Shown here piece after piece: positions 13,590 through 31,579 of a stretch of DNA of 64,000 nt. This DNA comes from the human T2T-CHM13v2.0 reference genome, Homo sapiens, in the NCBI RefSeq assembly GCF_009914755.1, contig NC_060927.1; one strand, given 5' to 3'. The translations under genes and the position numbers were made by a program. The notes below the pieces were generated by a model, which worked only from the letters and a program-made list of their open reading frames with translations, did no database searches and was not told where the DNA came from. The stretch's first letter is position 1. Each line of letters begins with the position of its first letter.

Positions 13590-14455
13590 TGGGGGCATCC
13601 AGGTGGGTCTTGTTCCATGGTCTTGGGCAGAAACTGATTACCTTGTAAAGATATCTACTTGTTCTGAGGTTGTTAAAGTATCTGTCTTTCTGTAGCCTTT
13701 GTCTGCTTTGGAAAACTCCCAGCAGAGCCTCAGTGGAGGTTTCCAGTTCGAATATTTTTCCAGTTTGAATTGCTCTTGTATTTCTTTAGTTTTTAAGCAT
13801 AAATCTAAGGTTAAACACCCTGTAATTTGGTACCTGCGTTAGCCCAAATAAAACAGCATAACGTCCTTTTCTTCTGAACTCAAGAATAGTTTTCCTAAAG
13901 TGGCATTTCCAGAATACCAGATTGCTTGCTTGTAAATTGAGTAATTGTTGATGAGGAAGCTCTAAAATGAAGACAGTTCTGACTTGTTGATTATAGAATT
14001 TAGCATATTTTATTAACCCTTGACAGCATCTAAAAATGTCAGATAGAGTTAGGTTAAAGTCCTCCACTAGCCAAGATAAATAATCCTCATGGGATTTCCC
14101 ATGATAATTCCAAAAGTGACGATCTTATGATTCATGTTTATGGTAAGTCCAATTCCTTAGCTAGTTTAGTCTGTTTGGTCTTGAGAATCCCATTGGATCT
14201 TTCTGTGTCTCCTGATGACTGAGCATGGTAGGGGCAGTGGAGTCTTTGAGTACTGTGTGTTGTGTTTTCTATTTCCTATATAATTCTACCAATAAAATGT
14301 TAGCTTAGAGTTGGTAGAATTGGTAGAGAGTATACCTAAAGTTGGGAAGACTTATTACAGAAAAACTTTGGCAACTGATGTTCCTGGGGCATTTTAGCAA
14401 GAAAAATGTTTAGCTATTTAAAACACATGCAGGCTAGAGTGAGTACATATTGCTT
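13590..14455 (-). mobile_element. ERV1 internal sequence, integrase remnant (MER31-int-like)
   Basis: Minus-strand translation HCPYHAQSSGDTERSNGILK near 14180-14240 resembles the retroviral integrase PYHPQSSG-VER-N motif. Confidence 0.75.
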
Positions 14456-14457
14456 TC

Positions 14458-14530
14458 TGTCTCAGTCCATTTGCATTGATATGCAGGAATATCTGTGGCT
14501 GAGTGATTTATAAAGAAAATAGGTTTTGGA
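14458..14530 (+). mobile_element. MST-type MaLR LTR end fragment
   Basis: tgtctcagtccatttgcattg...atttataaagaaaatagg; orientation given as read. Confidence 0.6.
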
Positions 14531-15498
14531 GGTTTTTTTCTGGAGATGGTAGACTAGAAGTTTTTCCAACATGCCTCACTCATTTAGAAGAAGCAAAACC
14601 CTTTGTAGAGATCTGCACTTTGAACTTTTATCCAGGAAGAAACACAGAAGAGCAAAATAAAACTTCTGAGACTGGTATAGAGAAGATGAGCAGATAGCTT
14701 GTGCAGCCAGGTCTGGCTGAAAATGGTGAATGCCCATTATGGGGGAGGGAGGATGAATGTCTCTCTGTGATCCAACTTCCAACCAGGGAATCATGCAATT
14801 CAGTTCACAAGAGAGCATCTTGATCCTCCCAAGCCTTGGATCTAACGTAGAAAGCAGCCAACAGACTGTGAGAAAGAACAACTCCAGGGAAGTGTCTCAC
14901 TCACTTTTCCAGGTCTGAGGGCTGATTGTTGGATGCCCTTCTTGATCCCAGCTCATAGCAAGTTGTGCAGGATTCTTCAGGCTAACAATGGTGGTAGCCA
15001 TTGGCATGAGAGAGACTTGGGTCAAAGATTAGAGAGCTAGGACTTGAGGTGGGAGGGGCTCCCACAGCTAGAACTGAGAAATGAGTGTAGTATGGACATC
15101 AGCTGCTTGTGTGAGAACCAGTATCCCCTTTTCACAGAATTGAAGCAGGAGGAACTTGCTGGGGAGGCATGGTCTTAACCCAGGCAGTGAGTTCTGTGGC
15201 CCAGAGCAGCTTTGCAGAGTGAAAGCAAACTCCCATGACTAAATGTCCCAACTTGCTGCCATGGTTGTAGCAGGGGATTAAACCTTGAAGGGTCTGCGGC
15301 AAGAGAGGCAAGTAGGTCCAATTCCTACTTGTTAGGATGTGGTGCCAGGATCTCCATCCCCCATGTGACACATCAGTGCAGTAGCAGTCACTCTGCTCTT
15401 TGCCTAGACATTTCTTCAGGAAGCCTGAGGACTGTCTCCCAATCACTATCAGGGCCAGTACTTGTAACTGCCAATGGGGGACTCAAGTGCAGGCTTCC
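14531..15498 (+). mobile_element. Old L1 5'UTR fragment
   Basis: agatggtagactagaag start and GC-richer L1M/L1PB 5'UTR-like sequence. Confidence 0.55.
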
Positions 15499-15655
15499 AG
15501 TATTAGTCCATTCTTGCATTGCTATAAAGAACTACCTGAGACTTGGTAATTTATGAAGAAGAGATTTAATTGCTGACAGTTCTGCAGGCTGTACAGGTAG
15601 CATGGCTGGGGAGGCCTCAAGAAACTTTCAATTATGTCAGAAGGCAAAAGGGGAA
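15499..15655 (+). mobile_element. MSTA-like MaLR LTR, partial
   Basis: tattagtccattcttgcattgctataaagaactacctgagact...ttctgcaggctgtacagg; orientation given as read. Confidence 0.8.
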
Positions 15656-16828
15656 GTGGCCAAGGACTCCTGAGCCACTTGAAGCAGCCTGCTACTGGCC
15701 TCAGCCCAGTCCCCTGGCCCAGGCCTTGGTCAGCAAAAGCGAGGATATGGGAAGCAGCACAGACAGGGAGTTGGTGGACCACCTGAAGGTCCTCTGGAAC
15801 AAAACCAAACACAACATGAAGTTCCCTTTGGACAGCACAAGCTCCAAGCTAAAAGAGAAAATTCACTTGATTACAGGTCTTCCACCTGCCATGCAGAAAG
15901 TCATGTGTAAGGGACTGGTCCCCAAGTACAAGATATTGAGAATAGAACATTGAGTATAAGACCCATTGAGAGAAATAAAAGTGACCCGTAGGGCCAAGAT
16001 CATGGTGGTTGGCTCCACAATGCAGTGTTTAAGCAGTAAACCCACCCAAAGATACTACACAGCAGGATGCAAATGCCAAAAAGAACGAGAAGGAGCCTCT
16101 CTGCAGGCAGAAACAACACAGATAAGTGTTAAATAAAGGAGAACCTGAAGATATGATCTGTTAGGTGTGCCCAGGAACCCTTCCAACACTACCCCTGTCT
16201 GGCAAGTACAATTAGTCTGGGGGAAAAGTGAGACTTCACTTAAGCTAGAACAAGGCCAGATCAGCACTAAAGATTCCTGGACAGAAGCAAACACGCCTAA
16301 TTCACCGGTTTCTGGCCAGCACTGTAGGTATTCAGAGTTCAAGGGCAGATTGAGAAAGTGCCCACGGGCTTCATTAAAAATGTGGTCAGCGAAACTAGGG
16401 TCATGAATACTACAACATGGTGATATTTCAGTAGGGTCCCACAGGAGGCTCTTACTGCTGGATTCCAACTCAACATGTTGATGCAATCAAAAACACTGTG
16501 CTGGGAAAATGACAGTGTTTTTGAAAGCACTTTCACTGCTGGCTCAGGAGACTGACCAAAGTGAAGGATATTGCCAGAAAACATCTGCAGCGTCCCTGGA
16601 TATCAGAGCTCTGGAACTTTGTTCAAAAAAAAATATCCATATTCAATCTAAGATGATGTGATGACTGCAGCCAGTGGTGATGTACTTACACCATCAGCTT
16701 AATTTTATCTTGAAATCACCAGTTCCCTTTCTTGCTGACTGCCAATCTGACTGCTTAATACCATTTTAAAAGTCAACATAACAGAAATCAATAAATCTGA
16801 ATTCTGAGAAAAAGTTTAAATATAAATT
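15656..16828 (+). pseudogene. UBFD1P1: Processed pseudogene of UBFD1 (ubiquitin family domain containing 1), 5'-truncated
   Basis: Intronless match to recalled UBFD1 protein: RELVD-LK-WNKTKH-KFPLDST-IHLITGLPPAMQKVM-KGLVP, LREIKVT-AKIMVVGST, EPLCRQKQH, IKNTVLGK*QCF*; stops and frameshifts; AATAAA near 16789 and a decayed A-tail. Confidence 0.88.
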
Positions 16829-16829
16829 A

Positions 16830-19868
<3,039 letters not shown>

Positions 19869-20311
19869 TGTCAAAGAAAAGCAGCCAGGCAAGTAAAGTG
19901 GTGAAGACAAATTTTATTCGGGACTATTACAGTAGGGAGAGAGAGACCCTAGTATAGAACTGGGCTCCAATATGGCAAGGACAAGTGGGGATTTGTAGCC
20001 AAGGAACAGGGGGTTTCATGGATGGAAAATTACTAAGAAGACATATCAAGTATATGGATAATTCTGGCTGAATAAACCAACCTACCAGGATTCCTGCTGA
20101 GGGCAGGCCAAGGTGATCAGATATCAGGGGTAAGGAGTGAAACAATTTGATCAGATATCAAAGGTGATCAGGTATTGAGAGTGGGGGATTCTTGTGAACT
20201 GTCTTAGCAGCATTATTTTCTATAACTGGATTTTACAAAAAAGTGCACAGATGGGCCTAGAAGAAGGCTTAGAAGTGGCCTAAAGTTTGGCCAACCAAAG
20301 AGTCTTTGTCA
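19869..20311 (-). mobile_element. MER31 LTR (5' LTR of the provirus)
   Basis: TG...CA ends; minus strand begins tgacaaagactctttggttggccaaactttag; repeated gatatctgatca motif. Confidence 0.8.
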
Positions 20312-20489
20312 CTGGACTTTCCGTATATATTACCTACCAATTAGCTAGGCATTATTTTTTATGCTTTTCCTCAATAAAAGTCTCATACTTTGAAACATTT
20401 AGTGACTTATCAGAGGCATCTATTTTACTATTTAGCATATCTATTAAGCTTTTTACTCAACTACATTTTAATTTCTAAAAAAACACTTT

Positions 20490-20602
20490 TAAAAATTAAG
20501 GTACAGAAAGATTTTACAATTTGTCCGCAGAAATACAAAGGTGGAGCTCAGGAATCAAACCCAGGCTGCTTGCCTCCAGAATTTTGATGCTTAACCACTA
20601 AG
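20490..20602 (+). mobile_element. MIR fragment
   Basis: aaattaaggtacagaaag...ggaatcaaacccagg...cttaaccact core. Confidence 0.65.
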
Positions 20603-20729
20603 TCACAGTATACATAACATTAAAAAGTGTAGCATGAGAAGAAAACTTTTCCAGAAGTTAACCTGTGAAATGGGCAGACAGATAGCACAGAAATTCAAGA
20701 GAGAGATGGATCAATAACATTTTCCCTTG

Positions 20730-25110
<4,381 letters not shown>

Positions 25111-25561
25111 TCTCCTGGGAAAATTTCTGAGACTACACTCCCAAGCTTGGCGGTGGGAACAGTGGCCTCCTTCTCTGTGAGTGACATCCCTGCTTTAGGA
25201 GTAGGCATTGGGTGTGGACCATAGCCTCTTATTTTCTAAGCTTGGCTTCCTAGTGTGGAACCTCTGCCTTACCAATGAGGGGGGGCAAAAGTGATTGTTG
25301 TTTCTGCATTGATGTCATGCCATGCCTAAGGTATAGCTTCTACCCTATGAATGGGTAGCAGAAGGAATTCCCCAAACTTTTGCTCACACTTACCTGAAAT
25401 TTAGCTTCTGTAACACATACAAAGAGATATATGGAACTAAGTAAAAAGTACAAAAATAAACCCAAACTTCTTTAAAAATTATCAATATGGTAAAGATCTA
25501 ATTCAAATGATGGTGTTGGGCCAACTAGGCTGTCATTAAACAATATAGTTAGATCCTTACT

Positions 25562-26086
25562 TGTGGCAGGTCAGGTTTCCATTAGCAACCAGGCGGTTAG
25601 TTTCCATTACCCTTTACTATAATTTTGATGAGTGGATAAGTTAAATAAAGAACTGGAGAAACTGGTGCCTGAGTATGAGGATGGGAATATGAAAACAAAC
25701 CCATTAAGATCCCACCTGGGTTTTCTCAGACCCTAAAGTGTGATTGAATAGTAATAGCATTCCTACACATACACCTGGTTCTGTCTTAAGATTAAGAAAC
25801 TAAGACTCTAAAGAAAGCTTTCCAGACCCCAGACCCCCTAGTTAAAGATTAGACATAGATTGAATGAAACTCTTCTGCTTGTAGGTGCAATCCTGCACAT
25901 AGCATGGAGCTTAAAATGTATGTAAGTATCAGAAAAAAACTTGTAACTTTGAGATGGTCTGGTGAGTTACTCTGACCTTCTCCCTGTAACTGGTTGCAGA
26001 AATAAACTCCCATCTTTCCTAGTTTGTCTGCGTCTTCTTATTAGAGCTCGAGAACAAGCAGCTGGACCTTCCTCTGTCAGGGAACA
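25562..26086 (+). mobile_element. Solo LTR, ERVL class (LTR32/LTR42-like)
   Basis: TGTGGCAGG...GGGAACA ends, AATAAA near 26001, TACT on both flanks, interrupts an old L1 fragment. Confidence 0.7.
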
Positions 26087-26249
26087 TACTCACATTTTAC
26101 ACCAACATATATTTTATGTAAACTAAAAATGTAAGACTCAAAATTAAATACAAATCAAAGAAATAATCTTGGGGAAAAAGAGGACTTTATTAATGCCAGA
26201 GCCAGAAGTCATAAATAGAAATAATTAATGTATATGATTCTCTTAAACA

Positions 26250-26704
26250 CTCGCTGTTTACCCTCAATCTATTTCTCAGCTTCCCCTTCTATTTCTCGGC
26301 TTCCCCCGGTCAGTTTTGTATCGCAATCAAATTGCCTTTGTATGCTATATTTCCCAGAATTTCTTTCAAATGACTTCTGGCTAGATTTTCCCAGTGGCAG
26401 ACACTAATAAGAAATTGGAGAGTGGAGGATATAAGCCACAATATTTCTTCACTCTTTGTCTGCTATAGGCAGTGTCTCTAGCACTTAGCTGTATCCCCAG
26501 AGAGATTCCAGCTTCTGCAGAATAACCTCTCCTATGGACAGAATTCTGAGTTCTGTTAACACCAGTCCTTCCAGTAGGAGCTTATCACAGGTTACCTTGT
26601 TTGAATTTTTACTTTTCACACCCTTTGTAATTATTTCCTGAATTGCATTTTCTCTATTTAAATCGTTGGCAAGGGCTCCGTTTTCCTGAGTATACCCTGA
26701 TACA
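26250..26704 (+). mobile_element. LTR33-like ERVL LTR, degraded
   Basis: Ends ...ccctgataca; general similarity to recalled consensus. Confidence 0.45.
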
Positions 26705-26709
26705 GTGAC

Positions 26710-27600
26710 AATGTAAAACTTTAAAACTTCTATATGTAAAAAAAAACAAACAAACAAACAAAAAAAACAGTTAGACAAATAATATTATAAGAAAAATATT
26801 CAGGACATTTATGGGAGAAAGGGAAATATTAACACCTTTGATGTATAAGAGGCTCTTAACACATCATGATGAAAAAGGCAAACATTTGAATAAAAGGAAA
26901 GATCAATAGACATTTATCAAAGAAGAAATACAAATAGCAAACAAGTTTTGGGGTTCTATCTATTTTAATTTCCTGAAGCAAGGAAAAAGAAGAAATATCA
27001 GTGTGGCAAAAACTAAAAAGGATGATGTTAGTCAGTTTGTTGGTGGTGTAATAGAGCAGAGACTTTTCCCAGATTAACTCAATCTTTCTGGAGAGCACTT
27101 GAGCAAAGTAGATCAAAAGCCTTTACAATGTTCATACCCTTTGATGCAAATATTTCATTTCTATTAGACTAGAGATTCAGGATATATTTAATGGATATTA
27201 ATTAGTAGCTTATTTATAATAGAAAAATTGAATTAAGCCACATACCCATTAAAAGGGAATGAATTTAAAATAGTGGTACATATTGATTATGCTTAATTAT
27301 ATAATTTTTGCTTGCTGATAAGGACAGATTTCTCTAATATGTTAAGTTAAAACACTCTTTCCAATATGATTCCAAGTTTCTAAAGCAATAGGAGAAATAA
27401 TTCTGAAAAGATATCAATTAAAATGTCAATAATACTTATTTTTAGTTAGCCACCAAGTGTGTATATTTCATAGATTTTTAAGTTTTTTTTAATATATTTC
27501 TGGCTGTGTTTTCTTTTGTTTCATTTTTCCTATGCATGGTGTATAAAAGTTACAATTTTATGATAAAAACTTTTCATTTTGAAAAAATGTAAATACATAA
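26710..27600 (+). mobile_element. Ancient L1ME ORF2 end/3'UTR remnant
   Basis: A-rich decayed L1 motifs (tgttcataccctttgatgca). Confidence 0.5.
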
Positions 27601-29644
27601 GGAACTGGTAAATACTGGCTTTCTTTCTTCTGTCCGTAAAGCTACCTTCACCTACTGTTTTGAATGCCAGTGTCAGAGTGACATGTCCAGACAGATCAGG
27701 CAGCTTGATTCAGCATCCAGTCCTCTGGTTTGAAAGCCAGCTTGAGTCAATGTGATGGAATCAGTGTCTTGCTCATTTCTTAAAAGAGGGGCTGGACTGT
27801 TTCTCCCAAACACCGTGGGTACGAAATGGCCAATCATAGCCGTCCCACTTTATCCTCTATAGATGTGCTTTGATCCTGGGCTCAATTAGAGCTTCAGCAA
27901 GACTCTACAGCGGTGAGTAATAAAATCAAGCAACAGGTTATAACCAGCACAGGAACTTCCAGATACACCTACACAAGAGGAAGTGAGACTAGGTAGGAGA
28001 ACAAAAGGGAGAATAGAAGTGGAGAGCAGCTGTAAGTAGAGAGGGATGTAGAGAAGGTGGAGAAATGGGAGGTAGTAGGGATAAACATAGAGATGGGAAG
28101 AGGGAAAATGGAAAAGAAGGTGAGGCAGAAGAAAAGGATATATAAAATGAAGAAAAGTGCTGTACATTAGAGGATATCAACAACTAAGGTGATTATATTA
28201 CACAGGTGGATAAATAACAATTCATCGATACACAGAAGATTTTTATACTATATCCCAAGTGTATTATATCTTAATTTTTAAAAATACATAAAGCCTCAGC
28301 TGTAAACTCAGGGTATGATGGCTGAAAATGCCTTGGTAATTAAAGAGTTGAGTCAGAGAGAATCCATTCCTGCTAATTGGAAGCAAAGTAAAAACAAATA
28401 AATAAAAAAACAAATAAATAAGAAAACAAAAAAAAAGAAAAGAAAAACTATGGCTTCTTCCAAAAACAATATCACATGGAAATCCCTTTTCAGTCTTTCA
28501 CCTCAGGGTTGGATGTTATCATCACCATCAAGTTTATGAATATAAATAACTTTATATTTATATTTGTATATTAATATAATATATTGATATTGCTATTTTA
28601 TATCGATATAAATATAAATAAAAGATTCTAATACAGAGTACCAAAATACATTAAACAGCCCAGTTTATAGGTGCTTCTTTCTGTTTTTGTTTTTTATTTT
28701 TACTCCAGACTAGAAAAAAAATTGAAGATTTTCTTGGGTACTGCTCTTGGAAAAGAAATTAAGCTCACTGAGAATTATTAAATCTGTGTATGACTTGGTT
28801 AATTTTAACTTTAACTGGTTAGCTGGGGAGATTTGCCTAAATTAATAATATTCAGTGAAAGTTTTAGTAAACCTGAATGTCCTCACTGGAGACTTTATTA
28901 AAAGTTTGGCCCCTCAGAGATTGGAAATTGGACAAGTTCCATAACTGTAAGGAGGTTGTGTTTCATTTGTAAGCAATGCACAATGGATGTAATTAGGAAC
29001 TAGACAGGGATTTCTGGTAAAGATACATTAGTGAGACAGAATGAGAAGAGCATTTGAATTGAGTCATCCCTTTGGGCCAGAGACATCATTAGCCAGCAGA
29101 GCTGAAGTTTACTCTTTGAGGATCACATTTTTATTATATGAAACAGAGAACCCTAGAAAATCTCTCCAGAAAGCTGATTTTTTTAAAATAATTTATTTTA
29201 TTTTAAAAAAAAACCCTACAACAATCTAACCTCAGACAAATCACCCTAGTGCCCTGTCTCCAACGTAATCTATATCAAAGGTTTATTTCGTAAAGTATCT
29301 CTACACTCTTCAGCGTTAAAATGGTATAGCCCCTTTAGTGAAGGACCTTGAATTGGTTTTGGCCTGAATTCCTTTTAGCACCATCACACTGTAATAATTT
29401 AGTCAATAACTATTCCTTGCTCTTCTTCTCTTATATAATGTTGTGAGGGCTTTCAACTACAAAAGCACTCAGTAACAACCATAATGGCTCCTCTTACAGA
29501 GAACTTAAGATTTTTACAAATCTCATTTAATAAAACTCCCACAACAAAACCCCAAAGTTTCACTTTCAAAGAGATAACATGACAGTTGAGTAAGTAAGGG
29601 TTGAATAAGAAAATATAAAAAAACAGTGCTGGTGAGTGTGTTGT

Positions 29645-30315
29645 CCAGTCCAATCTTACTTTGAGTTTCTCCAAAAGCAGACTTTGAGAAAAGGATAGGG
29701 GTGCAAGTAGTTGATGTGGTTAGTAATTCAAGATGCATAATGAGCATGAAGAAGTGAGATAGAGGAAGGAGGAAAGCCCATTAATGCATTAATAAGTAGG
29801 TTATATCTATAAGAAATCAGGGACCTTCTGAAAGACTTAAAAACACACATCAACATTTTTCACCATGCAGTGAGAAAGTCAAAGTCAAAGTACATATCCA
29901 CTGACCACCCCCGCCTCCCCTTTTTTTTGGAACAGAGTCTCACTCTGTTGCCCAGGCTGGAGTGCAGTGGCTGTAATCTTGGCTCACTGCAACCTGCACC
30001 TCCCGGGTTCATGCGATTCCCCTGCCTCAGCCTCCTGAGTACCTGGGACCACAGATGTGCGCCACCAGGCCAGACTAGTTTTGTGTATTTTTAGTAGAGA
30101 CGGGGTTCTGCTGTGTTGGCCAGGCTGTTCTGAAACTCCTGACCTCGGGTATTCCCCCTGCCTCAGCCTCCCAAAGTGCTGGGATTACAGGTGTGAGCCA
30201 CTGCGCCCAGCCCCAGCCCCCATTTTTATTGGTTGAGGGTCATTCCCTCAGTGTTAAATTTCTGATGATGTCATCCTGGCCCTTTCCAAAGCGAAGTGAA
30301 ATTGCATGGCCAGAG
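29645..30315 (-). mobile_element. LTR16/LTR67-like remnant interrupted by an Alu
   Basis: aagcagactttgagaaaaggataggggtgcaagtagtt motif. Confidence 0.45.
29921..30212 (-). mobile_element. AluS
   Basis: Antisense Alu dimer. Confidence 0.9.
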
Positions 30316-30317
30316 TA

Positions 30318-31268
30318 AACTAAAGAGCTTCTGCATGGCAAAAGAAACTAACATGAGTGAACAGACACCCTACAGAACGGGAGAAAATTTTTGCAATCTA
30401 CCCATCTGACAAAGGGCTAATATCCAAAATCTACAAGGAACTTAAACAAATTTACAAGAAAAAACAAACAACCCCATCAAAAAGTAGGCAAAAGATTGAA
30501 CAGACACTTCCCAAAATAAGACATTTATGCAGCCAAAAAACATATGAAAAAAGCTCAACACCACTGATCATTAGAGAAATGGACATCAAAACCATAATAG
30601 ATACCATCTCCCACCAGTCAGAATAGGGATTATTAAAAAGTCAAGAAACATTAGATGCTAGTGAGGCTGTGGAGAAATAGAACCGCTTTTACTCTGTTGG
30701 TGGGAATGTAAATTAGTTCAACCATTGTGGAAGACTGTGTGGCAATTCCTTAAGGATATAGAACCAGAAATACCATTTGACCCAGCAATCCCGTTACTGG
30801 GTATATAACCAAAGAAATATAAATCATTCTACTATAAAGACACATTCACATGTATGTTTATTGCAGCACTATTCACAATAGCAAAGACATGGAAACCAAC
30901 CCAAATGTCCATCAATAATAGACTGGATAAAGAAAATGTGGTACATATACACCATGGAATACTATGCAGCCATAAAAAGGAACAAGACCATGTCCTTTGC
31001 ACGGACATGGATGAAGCTGGAAGCCATCATCCTCAGCAAACTAACACAGGAACAGAAAACCAAACACTGCATGTTCTCACTCATAAGTGGGAGTTGAACA
31101 ATGAGAACACATGGTCACAGGGAGGGGAACAACACACACTGGGGCCTGTTAGGGAGTGGGGGGTGGGGGATGAGGTGAGGGAACCTAGATGATGGGTTAC
31201 CAGGTGCAGCAAACCACCAGGGCACAAATGTACCTGCAAGTTCTGCCTGGAACTTTAAAAAAAAAAAA
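30318..31268 (+). mobile_element. 5'-truncated L1PA (about PA7-PA8)
   Basis: ORF2 C-terminus, 3'UTR and A-tail. Confidence 0.88.
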
Positions 31269-31579
31269 GGCACGAAAAGCCTTAGTCAATTTGTACAGGA
31301 ACAGTGTGCGTGTGACCCACAGAGTAGGTCCGGGGCAAAGGGCAGGGCAACTGTGTCTATCATAGGACCTAAAAAGTGGCACAAAATTCTAACCCAGATA
31401 ACCGAGAAAAACACTAAAGATCAATTTGACATCAGGCAGATTCTAGAAGGAAATGAGTAACAAACAGGCTAGGTAGGTTGGCAAAGGCAAGAAGAGGAAG
31501 CAGGAAAGCCTGTGGCCTAGTTGGGTAGCTCACAAGTTTGGCTGTTGTAGAAAAGTGTCTATAAACAAGGGGCCCATAT

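Noticed and set aside
15570-15953. 127-aa LTR-UBFD1 fusion protein
   Set aside because: It starts at TTG in an LTR fragment, and the pseudogene part is disrupted.
27980-28160. Purine-rich tract with minus-strand ORFs
   Set aside because: Low-complexity sequence with biased, motif-free peptides.
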